Shown here: piece by piece, positions 1-9,716 of the stretch
Layout: the number at the start of each line of letters is the position of its first letter
Numbering within the stretch: position 1 is the first letter of the stretch
NCBI GenBank assembly: GCA_024694055.1
Contig: JAILKC010000071.1
Coordinates: 3,789-67,788, forward strand
Direction of reading: 5' to 3'
Length of the DNA: 64,000 nucleotides
Source: Lachnospiraceae bacterium
GTDB taxonomy: Bacteria > Bacillota > Clostridia > Lachnospirales > Lachnospiraceae
Position numbers and translations under genes: made by a program
The notes under the pieces: model-generated
The model's input: only the letters and a program-made list of their open reading frames with translations
Databases searched by the model: none
What the model was told of the DNA's origin: nothing

Positions 1-89
1 GAGTGGAAGGATATGAATTCACCGGAGACATTGATGAGGCAATTGACAGACTGGTGAGATATAAACAGGTTCAGGCATTGTTCAATTGA
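1..89 (+). CDS. 3' end of an upstream gene, probably a NifX/NifB-C-terminal (FeMo-cofactor carrier) family protein (partial)
   Basis: The frame from nt 3 reads VEGYEFTGDIDEAIDRLVRYKQVQALFN-stop (TGA 87-89). This resembles the C-terminal strand-helix of NifX/NifB-type domains, and it lies directly upstream of the nifH-like gene. Only 28 residues are visible. Confidence 0.45.
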   Translation, partial: VEGYEFTGDIDEAIDRLVRYKQVQALFN

Positions 90-106
90 CTGAATACAGC
101 AAGTGA

Positions 107-129
107 TCAACCCGTACAGATACGGTTGA
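107..129 (+). other. Intergenic stem-loop upstream of nifH-like gene
   Basis: TCAACCCGTA-CAGA-TACGGTTGA is an inverted repeat with one bulge and no U-tract. Confidence 0.4.
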
Positions 130-163
130 AATATCTAAAAGATTGGTTGTTAAGAAAGGATAA

Positions 164-1018
<855 letters not shown>

Positions 1019-1059
1019 TAAAGGGACTGATAAGGAATAGAAAGGACAGGATACAGGAT

Positions 1060-2511
1060 ATGGCTAATGCAACAGGAGTGGCAGAGGTCGAGATACGAGA
1101 CACGCGACTTAAGTCAATAATGGCTTTTCACGGAAAAGCGAGTGAACTGCAGGAATTCTCCAGGCAGTTAAAGAAACCGGCTGCAGACAGATGCTTTACA
1201 CAGTGTAGCGACTGTGCGCAGATGTGTGCCGGCACAGTGACCAATCACGTAAGGGGCTCCGCTGTGGTATATCACTCTCCGATGGGATGCTTTGCCAATA
1301 CACCGGTACAGAATGAAGCAACCTACAATGCTGCACTGGCCAGGGGCCTGGAGCCCTTTGATGTTAGAAGCGTCTGCAGCAACATAAGCGAGAAAGATAC
1401 CATATACGGCGGACTTAAAAAACTGAGGGATGCCGTAAAACTGGCATATGACAGATTCGTTCCGACCTGTATATTCATACAGTCATCATGCGCGGCAGGT
1501 ATAGTCGGAGACGATATCGAATCGGTAGCCGATGAGATGGCTGAGGAGCTTGGGATACCGATAGTGCCGGTGTTCTGTGAAGGCTTTAAGTCCAAGGCAT
1601 GGTCAACGGGATTCGATGCGGGATATCACGGGATACTGCGTAAGATAGCCCAAAAGCCCGAAAAGAGGCAGAAGGATCTGGTAAATATATTCAATTTCTT
1701 AGGTACGGATACATTTACACCGATGCTTGCCAAGATAGGGCTTAGGCCGAATTATCTTGTACCGCTTGCCGATCTTGAGACGTTAAGGACGATGACAGAG
1801 GCGGCCTGCTCAACGGAAGTATGTGAGACTTTGGGAACATATATCACGACCGTACTTGAGGAAGAATTCGGAGTACCCAAGGTACATGCTCCTTCACCTT
1901 ACGGTATCAAATGGACTGATGAGTGGTACAGAGAGATAGCAAGACTTACGGGTAAGACAGACATAGTCGAGAAGGTCATCGAGGAAGAGCATAAGAGGAT
2001 ACAGCCTGAGCTTGATGAACTGAAAAAGGAATTAGCCGGACTTAAGGTATATATATATGCCGGCGATTCTTATGCACATAATCTCGGAAGCCTTGTTCAC
2101 GATCTCGGGGTGGAGATAGTTGGTATGACGACTCTTCATCATGATATGAAGATAGACGGCGAAGATGCACAGCACAGTACACTTCAGGAGATGATAGATG
2201 TTGCGGGCGATATAGAAGAGTTTACGGTATGTAATAAACAGCCCTATGAAGTCATAAAGCATCTTAAGAAAGTAAAGCCCGACTTCATGATAGTCAGGCA
2301 TATGAATATGACGATCCTTGCAGCCAAGCTCGGTATACCGAGTATCTTCGAAGGAGAGATAAATGTAAGTGCGGGTTATGACGGCCTGTTGCTTACGGGC
2401 AGAAGGATAAAGGATCTTATAAAGGCTAAAAAGATACTTGCCACACTGGCGGAATACAATGAGTTCCCATACACTGACTGGTGGCTTGATCAGGAGGAAA
2501 ATTATATATGA
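1060..2511 (+). CDS. Nitrogenase component-1 alpha-like subunit (NifD/NifE-like; group IV, MarD/NflD-like)
   Basis: P-cluster-type Cys motifs CFTQCSDCAQMC, HSPMGC and SSCAAGIVGDD, plus CEGF and the cofactor-ligand-type Cys in TEVCETLG. The canonical NifD QMHSWDY motif is absent. Confidence 0.88.
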   Translation: MANATGVAEVEIRDTRLKSIMAFHGKASELQEFSRQLKKPAADRCFTQCSDCAQMCAGTVTNHVRGSAVVYHSPMGCFANTPVQNEATYNAALARGLEPFDVRSVCSNISEKDTIYGGLKKLRDAVKLAYDRFVPTCIFIQSSCAAGIVGDDIESVADEMAEELGIPIVPVFCEGFKSKAWSTGFDAGYHGILRKIAQKPEKRQKDLVNIFNFLGTDTFTPMLAKIGLRPNYLVPLADLETLRTMTEAACSTEVCETLGTYITTVLEEEFGVPKVHAPSPYGIKWTDEWYREIARLTGKTDIVEKVIEEEHKRIQPELDELKKELAGLKVYIYAGDSYAHNLGSLVHDLGVEIVGMTTLHHDMKIDGEDAQHSTLQEMIDVAGDIEEFTVCNKQPYEVIKHLKKVKPDFMIVRHMNMTILAAKLGIPSIFEGEINVSAGYDGLLLTGRRIKDLIKAKKILATLAEYNEFPYTDWWLDQEENYI

Positions 2512-3914
2512 GTACGATCATACAGGAAGCCAAGTTCACATGTGCCCTGGGTGCTCAGCAGTCGGTACTGGGGATTCCGGGAGCGGTCCCGGTGATACAT
2601 GCAGGTCCGGGCTGCTCACAGAGACAGTTTTCTTATCTGTCAGTAGGTTCGGGATACCAGGGAGAAGGATATACCGGCGGAGGTCAGATACCCTGTACGA
2701 ATTCCTCGCAGTCTGAGGTGGTATTCGGAGGAGAGAAGAAGCTGGCCAAGTTGTTGGATGCGACATATAAGGTGATGAAGGGTGATCTCTATGTAGTACT
2801 GTCTGGATGTACCGCGGGGATCGTAGGCGATGATGTAAAGCAGGTCACATACGATCACTCGACAAAAGAGCATCCCACGGTAGGTGTGGATACTTCAGGC
2901 TTTCGAGGCAATAACTATAAGGGACACAATATAGTCATAGAAGGGATAATAGACCAGCTTTTGGAAGAAGCGCAGCCCAATGTCCGCAAGGGACTTGTCA
3001 ATGTCTTCTCGGTAGTGCCCTTTCAGGATCCGTACTGGAGAGGTGATCTTGAAGAGATCAAGAGGATACTTGAAGGCTTGGGACTTGAGGTAAACATTCT
3101 CTTCGGATACGGAAGTAAGGGAGTATCGGAATGGTATGATATCCCGAATGCAGAACTTAACATAGTACTCTCACCCTGGGTGGGCCTGGGTGCAGCCAAG
3201 CTCTGCGAAAGAAGATTCGGTACGCCTTACCTTCATAATCCCGTTCTTCCGGTAGGTCTTAAGGATACATCGGCATTTTTACGCAAGGTGGCCGAGACTC
3301 TGTCTCTTGACAGGGAAAAGACCGAAGACTTCATAAAGTCGGAAGAGAGAAGATATAAGCAGTATTTTGTATCGATGGGAGATGTGCTGTCGGATTACGC
3401 TCCATACCTTCCTTATGATCTCTATCTTATAGACGACAGTGCTTACGGCCTAGGAACTGCAAGGTTCTGTACCAATGAGCTGGGCATGATCCCACAGGCA
3501 TTCTTCGATATAGATGTACCGCCTGCAACTGCAAAAGAGCTGATACAGGCTTCTTTGGAAGAGATTGATGAAGCATGGAAAGATAAGCTCATAGATGAGC
3601 CCGACAATGCAATCATCAGAAAAGCCGTTGAGCAGAGGATAGCGATAAGACAGACCAAATCACTTATCTTCGGCAGCAGCTGGGATAAGGATCTGGCGGA
3701 ACGCACAGATAATATCCTTATCTTCCACAGTGCACCGATCACCGACAATGTGATCCTTAATAAGACATACGTCGGCTATAACGGCGGACTTAATCTGATG
3801 CAGGATATCTATTCCGGAGTGTTTAACAGGAAAAAGGTAAGTAATCTTACTCATGGAGAAACAGAACGTGAAAGAAACACATACGGAACCGCTAAGACTG
3901 GCGGTAGCAACTGA
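2508..3914 (+). CDS. Nitrogenase component-1 beta-like subunit (NifK/NifN-like; MarK/NflK-like)
   Basis: FTCALG, IHAGPGC, EVVFGG and SGCTAGIVGDD motifs, with C-terminal YVGYNGG. ATGA overlap with the alpha-like gene. Lacks the long NifK N-terminal extension. Confidence 0.88.
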   Translation: MSTIIQEAKFTCALGAQQSVLGIPGAVPVIHAGPGCSQRQFSYLSVGSGYQGEGYTGGGQIPCTNSSQSEVVFGGEKKLAKLLDATYKVMKGDLYVVLSGCTAGIVGDDVKQVTYDHSTKEHPTVGVDTSGFRGNNYKGHNIVIEGIIDQLLEEAQPNVRKGLVNVFSVVPFQDPYWRGDLEEIKRILEGLGLEVNILFGYGSKGVSEWYDIPNAELNIVLSPWVGLGAAKLCERRFGTPYLHNPVLPVGLKDTSAFLRKVAETLSLDREKTEDFIKSEERRYKQYFVSMGDVLSDYAPYLPYDLYLIDDSAYGLGTARFCTNELGMIPQAFFDIDVPPATAKELIQASLEEIDEAWKDKLIDEPDNAIIRKAVEQRIAIRQTKSLIFGSSWDKDLAERTDNILIFHSAPITDNVILNKTYVGYNGGLNLMQDIYSGVFNRKKVSNLTHGETERERNTYGTAKTGGSN

Positions 3915-4311
3915 AGACGGGATCACAAGTGATGTGAGATTTAAAGATCTGCATATCGTCAATATCTATGAATATGATCCGGAAAAAGAGGAGTTCATAT
4001 TCACGGAGCAGAGGACCGTGGACAATAAGACATTTCAAGATAGTGACACAAGTGTCACAAACAGCAGCGGATGCGGAAACGGCACCGGAAACGGATGCCA
4101 TGATGAATCATATATAAAGGATATCATCAAAGTGATAGGAGACTGCGAATATCTGCTGCTTGGTAAGATAGGCCCAAGAGCTTCCCGTACTTTGTTACGT
4201 GAAGGAATATCAGTACTAGAAAAAGGAGGAAAAGTAAATGAAAGTCTGTTGCAGCTGTCATCATACGTAACCAAAAGGAATAGGGCAATGACTAAGATCA
4301 ACACAGACTGA
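3853..4311 (+). CDS. NifX/NifB/NafY family (dinitrogenase FeMo-cofactor biosynthesis domain) protein
   Basis: LAVATEDG...F, C..H loop (SGCGNGTGNGCH) and DCEYLLLGKIGPRA...L..EGI motif. The start may be GTG 3868 (GGAG at 3855-3858). Confidence 0.8.
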   Translation: MEKQNVKETHTEPLRLAVATEDGITSDVRFKDLHIVNIYEYDPEKEEFIFTEQRTVDNKTFQDSDTSVTNSSGCGNGTGNGCHDESYIKDIIKVIGDCEYLLLGKIGPRASRTLLREGISVLEKGGKVNESLLQLSSYVTKRNRAMTKINTD

Positions 4312-4376
4312 GCATTGACCCGTGTTAGATGACAAGGAGGAGTAGCATATCGGATGTGATATGTGAAAAGAAGATT

Positions 4377-5336
4377 ATGAAAAACTCATTATTGATTAAG
4401 AAGACATTAGGTGTTGTAGTAGGTACTGTACTTGCATTAGGACTTACAGCATGCGGAAAAGATGCAACTGCGACAACTGCACCGGCTACATCGGCAGATA
4501 ACAGTGCAACCGAGTCGACAGATGCGACATCGGCAGATACTGCTGTTGAGAGTGAAGCTACTGATGAGTCAAGTGAAGCCAGAACAATTAAGATCGTGGG
4601 AAAATCAAGTGAATACCCCCTGGAATTCATTGATGACAACGGACAGTGGGACGGATATGAGATAGAAGTCTTAAGACTCATTGATGAAGCACTTCCGCAA
4701 TATGATTTTGAATACGTTGAGGGTAATGATCAGACTTCCAACTATACCGGTGTATCAACAGGCAAGTATCAGCTGGTATTAAGCAACGCTTTCTATACAG
4801 ATGAAAGAGCACAGAATTATAACCTTCCGGCCAATCAGTCGGGTGCATCACCTCTCGGACTTATACAGCGTACGGAGAATGCGGATATCACATCTCTTGA
4901 TCAGGCTGCCGATGCAGGTCAGATATTCACCCCTTCACTTGCCGGTGACGGACTGACATATCAGCTTGAGGAATATAACAGACAGCATACGGATAAGCAG
5001 TTGCAGTTTGAGTATTCTGATCCCAACAGTCTGTGGACAGATGCAATCGCGTTTGTCGCTGAAGGAAGATATGATACAGCAATCTTCCCTGCTACATATT
5101 ATGAGCAGTTAGTAACGGCAGAAGACGGAAGCTATCACCAGTATGCGGATAAATTAAGCTTTAAGGCGACCATTCCATGCCCGACATATTTTGTCATTGC
5201 CAAGGAAGAGACAGAGCTCTCTGATGCAGTGAGTGAGCAGCTTGGTATCCTTAAGGATTCAGGCAAGCTTGAAGAGATCGCGATCAAGTGGTACGGATTC
5301 AATCCGTTCGATCTGGATGATGAACTTGCAAAGTAA
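4377..5336 (+). CDS. Polar amino-acid ABC transporter substrate-binding lipoprotein (family 3; cystine/TcyJ-K-like)
   Basis: MKNSLL signal peptide with lipobox LTAC, a T/A/S/D/E-rich linker, YPLEF..DGYEIEV, and the GKL..I..KW.G ending. Start moved from 4329 to ATG 4377. Confidence 0.85.
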   Translation: MKNSLLIKKTLGVVVGTVLALGLTACGKDATATTAPATSADNSATESTDATSADTAVESEATDESSEARTIKIVGKSSEYPLEFIDDNGQWDGYEIEVLRLIDEALPQYDFEYVEGNDQTSNYTGVSTGKYQLVLSNAFYTDERAQNYNLPANQSGASPLGLIQRTENADITSLDQAADAGQIFTPSLAGDGLTYQLEEYNRQHTDKQLQFEYSDPNSLWTDAIAFVAEGRYDTAIFPATYYEQLVTAEDGSYHQYADKLSFKATIPCPTYFVIAKEETELSDAVSEQLGILKDSGKLEEIAIKWYGFNPFDLDDELAK

Positions 5337-5377
5337 GATTGTTACGAACCGGTGATACGGAGAAACAATAAAGCACA

Positions 5378-5410
5378 GGGGATTTTCATATTGCTGATGT
5401 GAAGATCCCC
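5378..5410 (+). other. Intercistronic stem-loop after the substrate-binding gene (mRNA stabiliser or partial terminator)
   Basis: GGGGATTTTCATAT...ATGTGAAGATCCCC forms a 14-bp stem with two G-U pairs. Confidence 0.6.
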
Positions 5411-5465
5411 TTATGTATAAAGAACAGCATAATAACAAAGAAACTAAGTAACACAGTGGATCAAT

Positions 5466-6212
5466 ATGCAAAAAATAAGTATTAAGAAGATAATATATTA
5501 TTTCACCAAGTCGGTTCCGGCACTTGGCGTGACCTTCGCTTACGTGATCATATCGATGATCTTCGGTACTCTCATAGGGGCACTCATATACAGGATGAAG
5601 ACATCGAAGTACAGGATATTTAGGATCATAGCGAGTCTGTATGTGACGATAGTCAGATGTACTCCGTCGCTTGTCATGCTATTTTTGGTGTTTTACGGTC
5701 TGCCTCTTTTGGCCGGAGGTGAGCTTGGAGAGTGGCTTGAAGAACTGCCTATTCTGACTTTTGTATGTATTACCTTCTCTGTATTTATCGGAGCTTCTTC
5801 TTCTGAATTGATAAGAGCGGCACTTGAAGCTGTTGCCAAAGGACAGAAAGAAGCAGGGCTCTCTGTCGGGATGAGTTCGTTGCAGACATTTGTGCATGTA
5901 CTTTTACCTCAGATGTTACGTAATGCCACACCCAATATAGGCAATACGGTGATCCTTTTGATAAAAGAAGGAGCACTTGCGTATACTATCGGCCTTCGTG
6001 ATGTACTCGGTCAGGCATATTACTTAAGCGGAAGAGAGATGAATGCCTATGCGGTCAGCATGTATATTGCACTCACACTCATATATTGGCCGCTTACTAT
6101 CATACTTGAGAGACTGTTTGCGAGTCTGGAGCACGCTCTTACACCATGGGAGCGTAAGAACAGGCATAAAGATATATCGGTCGGTCCGGCAGTAGGGGAG
6201 TGTAATATATGA
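5466..6212 (+). CDS. Amino-acid ABC transporter permease (HisM/TcyL-like)
   Basis: RCTPSLV and the EAA loop SELIRAALEAVAKGQKEAGLSVGM; hydrophobic helices. Confidence 0.92.
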   Translation: MQKISIKKIIYYFTKSVPALGVTFAYVIISMIFGTLIGALIYRMKTSKYRIFRIIASLYVTIVRCTPSLVMLFLVFYGLPLLAGGELGEWLEELPILTFVCITFSVFIGASSSELIRAALEAVAKGQKEAGLSVGMSSLQTFVHVLLPQMLRNATPNIGNTVILLIKEGALAYTIGLRDVLGQAYYLSGREMNAYAVSMYIALTLIYWPLTIILERLFASLEHALTPWERKNRHKDISVGPAVGECNI

Positions 6213-6931
6213 AGATAGATTATGAGTTTATTAAAGAAGCATTGCCGGACATAGCCGGATACATACCGGTCACACTCAATCTTGTATTGGTGTCACTGCT
6301 CATATCATTTCCGTTAGGAGTGCTGTTTGCGTGGATAAACTATAAAAAAGTGAGAGTACTGAGTCCTGTTGTCAAGGCATATATGTCCCTTATAAGAGGA
6401 ACGCCGGTAGTCCTGCAGATCTACATCATATATAACATCACTCCCTATATACTTGCATCGATACTTGAAAAAATGGGAAGCGATGTAAATGTATACAGAT
6501 TAAATACGATATGGTACGCATATTTTGCCCTGTCTCTTTCAACTACCGTGACCATTGCCGAGGCGATGAGAGCAGGACTGGAGACTGTCAATAATGGACA
6601 GTTCGAAGCCGGTCTGTCGATAGGCTTAAGCGCCCCGCAGACTCTGTGGCACATTGTTTTCCCGCAGGCACTTACGGCGGCGATGCCGGTACTGGGTAAT
6701 GTTGCAGTGGAGCTGACCAAGGCCACGTCGCTTGCATTTATCATGGCGGTAACGGAGATCACGGGAAGAGCGAAGGTGTTGGGAGGAGGAGTACTGAGGT
6801 ATTTCGAAGCGTATATCTGCGTGTTTATTCTGTACATAGTGATCATTGCGATAATGGAGCAGTTGTTTAAACTGGTTGAGAAGAGGATATCGATATACAG
6901 GGTAGGAAGACACGGGTCTGTAAGGATATAA
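6209..6931 (+). CDS. Amino-acid ABC transporter permease (HisM/TcyM-like)
   Basis: RGTPVVLQ, EAMRAGLETVNNGQFEAGLSIG and KATSL motifs. ATGA overlap with the preceding gene. Confidence 0.92.
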   Translation: MKIDYEFIKEALPDIAGYIPVTLNLVLVSLLISFPLGVLFAWINYKKVRVLSPVVKAYMSLIRGTPVVLQIYIIYNITPYILASILEKMGSDVNVYRLNTIWYAYFALSLSTTVTIAEAMRAGLETVNNGQFEAGLSIGLSAPQTLWHIVFPQALTAAMPVLGNVAVELTKATSLAFIMAVTEITGRAKVLGGGVLRYFEAYICVFILYIVIIAIMEQLFKLVEKRISIYRVGRHGSVRI

Positions 6932-6935
6932 GCGA

Positions 6936-7700
6936 ATGGAGACAAGTATGTTAAGTGTAAGAGACGTACATAAGAGTTTTGGTGATAATCATGTGCTCAA
7001 GGGAGTCAGCTTTGATGTTGGAGAAGGCGATGTGGTCGCAGTGCTCGGAGCCAGCGGATCGGGCAAGACGACTTTGTTAAGATGCCTTGAGTTTTTTGAG
7101 CATGCGGATGAAGGCGAGATGGAACTTGACGGTATGAGCGTAGATCTGACCACTCATTCTGCAAAGATCACCAGGCAGATAAGGCAGAAGACGGCCTTTG
7201 TATTCCAGAACTATAATCTTTTTAACAACAAGACGGCACTTGAGAATGTGATGCTCGGACTTACTGTTGCCAGAAAGACCGATAAGGAAAAAGCAAGAGA
7301 GATCGCAACTGCTGCGCTTGCCAAAGTCGGACTGGCAGAAAGGCTTGATTATTATCCCTGTGAGCTTTCCGGCGGTCAGCAGCAGAGAGTGGGTATAGCA
7401 AGGGCGCTTGCGGTCAATCCCAAGATCATATTTTTCGATGAGCCGACATCAGCGCTTGATCCTGAACTTGTGGGAGAAGTGCTAGATACCATAAAGCAGC
7501 TGGCAAAAGAAGGTACTACGATGGTGGTAGTCACGCATGAGATGAGTTTTGCCAGAGATGTTGCCACCAAAGTTATATATATGGACGGTGGCGTGATATT
7601 GGAGCAGGGTAAGCCGGATAAGATATTCACGCAGCCCGAGAATGAACGTACGAGAAAATTTTTGGCAAGATATCTTCAGGACTTCGACTACAATATCTGA
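6936..7700 (+). CDS. Amino-acid ABC transporter ATP-binding protein (GlnQ/TcyN-like)
   Basis: GASGSGKT, LSGGQQQRV, FFDEPTSALDPE and VTHEM motifs. Confidence 0.96.
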   Translation: METSMLSVRDVHKSFGDNHVLKGVSFDVGEGDVVAVLGASGSGKTTLLRCLEFFEHADEGEMELDGMSVDLTTHSAKITRQIRQKTAFVFQNYNLFNNKTALENVMLGLTVARKTDKEKAREIATAALAKVGLAERLDYYPCELSGGQQQRVGIARALAVNPKIIFFDEPTSALDPELVGEVLDTIKQLAKEGTTMVVVTHEMSFARDVATKVIYMDGGVILEQGKPDKIFTQPENERTRKFLARYLQDFDYNI

Positions 7701-7756
7701 TACCGTGTGGTGTTCGGTCATACAGGTAACCTGGAGAAATATTATAGAGCAGCACT

Positions 7757-9025
7757 ATGAATTATAATAAGATCACTCAACTGATAAAGAAAGATATGCG
7801 AAAGGCTTTGGGATGTACAGAGCCCGGGATCATAGCCTTGGCTTGTGCCAAGGCTTCTCATATTGCAGGTGGAAGTGTAGAGAGAATAGATGTCAAAGTC
7901 AATTCCGGTATATATAAAAATGCCTATTCATGCGGAATTCCGGGGACACCTGTCATCGGAAACAAATTTGCGGCTGCGCTTGGAGCTATTGCGGGTGATC
8001 CGGATAAGGGGCTGATGTCACTTGAAGGGATAAGTGAGACTGATATCGCTCTGGCTGAGGAACTGATAGCCGATGAACATGTAAAAGTCGTTCTTCATGA
8101 TATCAGTCCGAAGATATATGTGGATGCAAGAGTCATAACTTCGTTGGGGCAGGGACGTGCCTGCATCGAAGGCGAGCACACATTCTTTTCTCTTTTGGAA
8201 AAGAATAACGAAGTCATATTCGAAGCGAAACACGGAGAGAATGAAGAGGAGAATATCGGCATGGCTGACATATCGTTTAATGATATGTATGAGTATGTGT
8301 CGACTGTGGAGTATAAAGAGATAGAGTTTATAGAGGAAGCGATAAGAGTTAATACAAGGCTTGCAGATGAAGGCCTTGCATGGGACAGATGTGTTATCTC
8401 GAAAGCGGTTAGGGATCTGGGATATCCCGCTGCTGTAGTGAATACTGCAGCAGCGATAGAAGGCAGATTTTTAGGAGCGGCATCACCTGCCATGAGTATA
8501 ACCGGAAGCGGTGCGCACGGGATTATATGCAGTGTTCCGCTTATATATGAGGCACGATCGCTGGGAGCAGATAAAGAAAGACTTGTTAGATCCATAGCAC
8601 TTAACTTCCTTGTAACAATGTACGTTAAGGAATGCTCGGGAAAACTCTCTGCGTTCTGTGGGTGTGGGATAGCAGGCGGACTTGGATTGGCATATGCGCT
8701 TCCGTTTTTGCACGGATTATCTCATGCAGTATCAGAAAAGGCGTTTTATAATATGGCTTCTTCCATAACGGGCATGATATGTACGGGAGGCAATCAAGCC
8801 TGCGCAATGAAGGCGATAGCTGCCGTTGAGTCGGCCTATACTGCAGTAAAGATTGCGGAGCTTGATTCGTCTGTATCGGCGCCTACGGGTATACTTGCCG
8901 GATCAATAGAGCATACGGCAAGGAATATCGGAAAAATAGCTTATCCGGGGATGGTAGCGACGGATGAGACGATAATAGAGATTCTTAGAGGCAATGATAA
9001 CAGAGAGTATGAGTATATAATCTGA
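7757..9025 (+). CDS. L-cysteine desulfidase / serine dehydratase-alpha family (CdsB/YhaM-like) Fe-S enzyme
   Basis: ALGCTEP, KNA..GIPG, GSGAHG, LSAFCGC and GMIC..G...CA.K motifs. Confidence 0.82.
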   Translation: MNYNKITQLIKKDMRKALGCTEPGIIALACAKASHIAGGSVERIDVKVNSGIYKNAYSCGIPGTPVIGNKFAAALGAIAGDPDKGLMSLEGISETDIALAEELIADEHVKVVLHDISPKIYVDARVITSLGQGRACIEGEHTFFSLLEKNNEVIFEAKHGENEEENIGMADISFNDMYEYVSTVEYKEIEFIEEAIRVNTRLADEGLAWDRCVISKAVRDLGYPAAVVNTAAAIEGRFLGAASPAMSITGSGAHGIICSVPLIYEARSLGADKERLVRSIALNFLVTMYVKECSGKLSAFCGCGIAGGLGLAYALPFLHGLSHAVSEKAFYNMASSITGMICTGGNQACAMKAIAAVESAYTAVKIAELDSSVSAPTGILAGSIEHTARNIGKIAYPGMVATDETIIEILRGNDNREYEYII

Positions 9026-9031
9026 TCTATT

Positions 9032-9065
9032 TTTCTTGACTATATCCATAGGAATAGTGTAAAAT
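9032..9065 (+). promoter_or_regulatory. SigA-type promoter of the Rrf2 gene with overlapping putative IscR/CymR-type operator
   Basis: -35 TTGACT (9036-9041), 18-nt spacer, -10 TAAAAT (9060-9065). The 25-mer TTTCTTGACTATATCCATAGGAATA (9032-9056) resembles IscR type-1-like Rrf2 boxes. Confidence 0.6.
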
Positions 9066-9142
9066 AATTGTGCTAGATTTATTGCAACAACTGTTGCGGA
9101 TCGCATTAAAACAGGTACTGATACCTGTAGGGGGTGTAAAAG

Positions 9143-9574
9143 ATGTGGATATCTACTAAAGGAAAAAATGCCATAAAAGTAATGATAGATTTGGGGCAGT
9201 ATTCGACAGGAGAGCCGGTTAAAGTCAAGGACATTGCCAAGAGACAGGATATTTCGGATAAGTATCTTGAACAGATCATATCTTTGCTCAACAAAGCGGG
9301 ACTTGTCAAAAGTATAAGAGGTGCAAGAGGCGGCTATACCCTGAATATGCCTACTGAGAAGTATACGGCAGGGATGATACTCGAGGCGGTCGAAGGCGAT
9401 ATGTCGGTGATCGATGATCAGGGAGAGAGAACATCTGAGAATATTACGGATACGGTCTGTATGAGGCTGTGGGATAAGCTTGATGAGTCGGTTCGGGCAG
9501 TGCTTGATAACGTGACACTGGCAGATATGCTTGAGTGGCAGGAAGCACTTTTGGTGGATCAATATATGATATAA
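9143..9574 (+). CDS. Rrf2 family transcriptional regulator (CymR/IscR-like, lacking the Fe-S Cys triad)
   Basis: ISTKG..A, IS.KYLEQI...L.KAGLV.S.RG..GGY and IL..VEG motifs. Only one Cys. Confidence 0.92.
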   Translation: MWISTKGKNAIKVMIDLGQYSTGEPVKVKDIAKRQDISDKYLEQIISLLNKAGLVKSIRGARGGYTLNMPTEKYTAGMILEAVEGDMSVIDDQGERTSENITDTVCMRLWDKLDESVRAVLDNVTLADMLEWQEALLVDQYMI

Positions 9575-9595
9575 GGATCATGTGTGAATAATAAG

Positions 9596-9640
9596 CAGAA
9601 GATGTTGCGATCAGAGTCTGACCGCAACATCTTTTGTGTT
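9596..9640 (+). terminator. Rho-independent terminator closing the nitrogenase-like/sulfur block
   Basis: CAGAAGATGTTGCGATCAG-AGT-CTGACCGCAACATCTTTTG is a 19-bp stem (one G-U, one mismatch) ending in a T-rich run. Confidence 0.75.
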
Positions 9641-9668
9641 TGCAACAGTTTATGGATTATCTTATACT
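9640..9668 (+). promoter_or_regulatory. Putative SigA promoter for mutS2
   Basis: TTGCAA (9640-9645), 17 nt, TATACT (9663-9668). Confidence 0.55.
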
Positions 9669-9716
9669 ATAGACTAGCGATTAAGATTAATGAATCGATT
9701 GGTAATTTGCAATATT

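Noticed and set aside
4312-4376. Riboswitch (SAM/T-box) or leader peptide before the amino-acid ABC genes
   Set aside because: The gap is only 65 nt with no S-box or T-box consensus. The AGGAGG at 4335-4340 has no well-spaced ATG, so I could not support a leader ORF.
4460-4580. Repeated ACATCGGCAGATA in the binding-protein gene
   Set aside because: Two copies within a low-complexity lipoprotein linker; not a CRISPR or regulatory array.
9089-9650. AACTGTTGC / GCAACAGTT inverted pair flanking the Rrf2 gene, as possible mobile or invertible ends
   Set aside because: Only 9 bp match. The right copy coincides with the predicted mutS2 -35 element, and there is no recombinase or target duplication.
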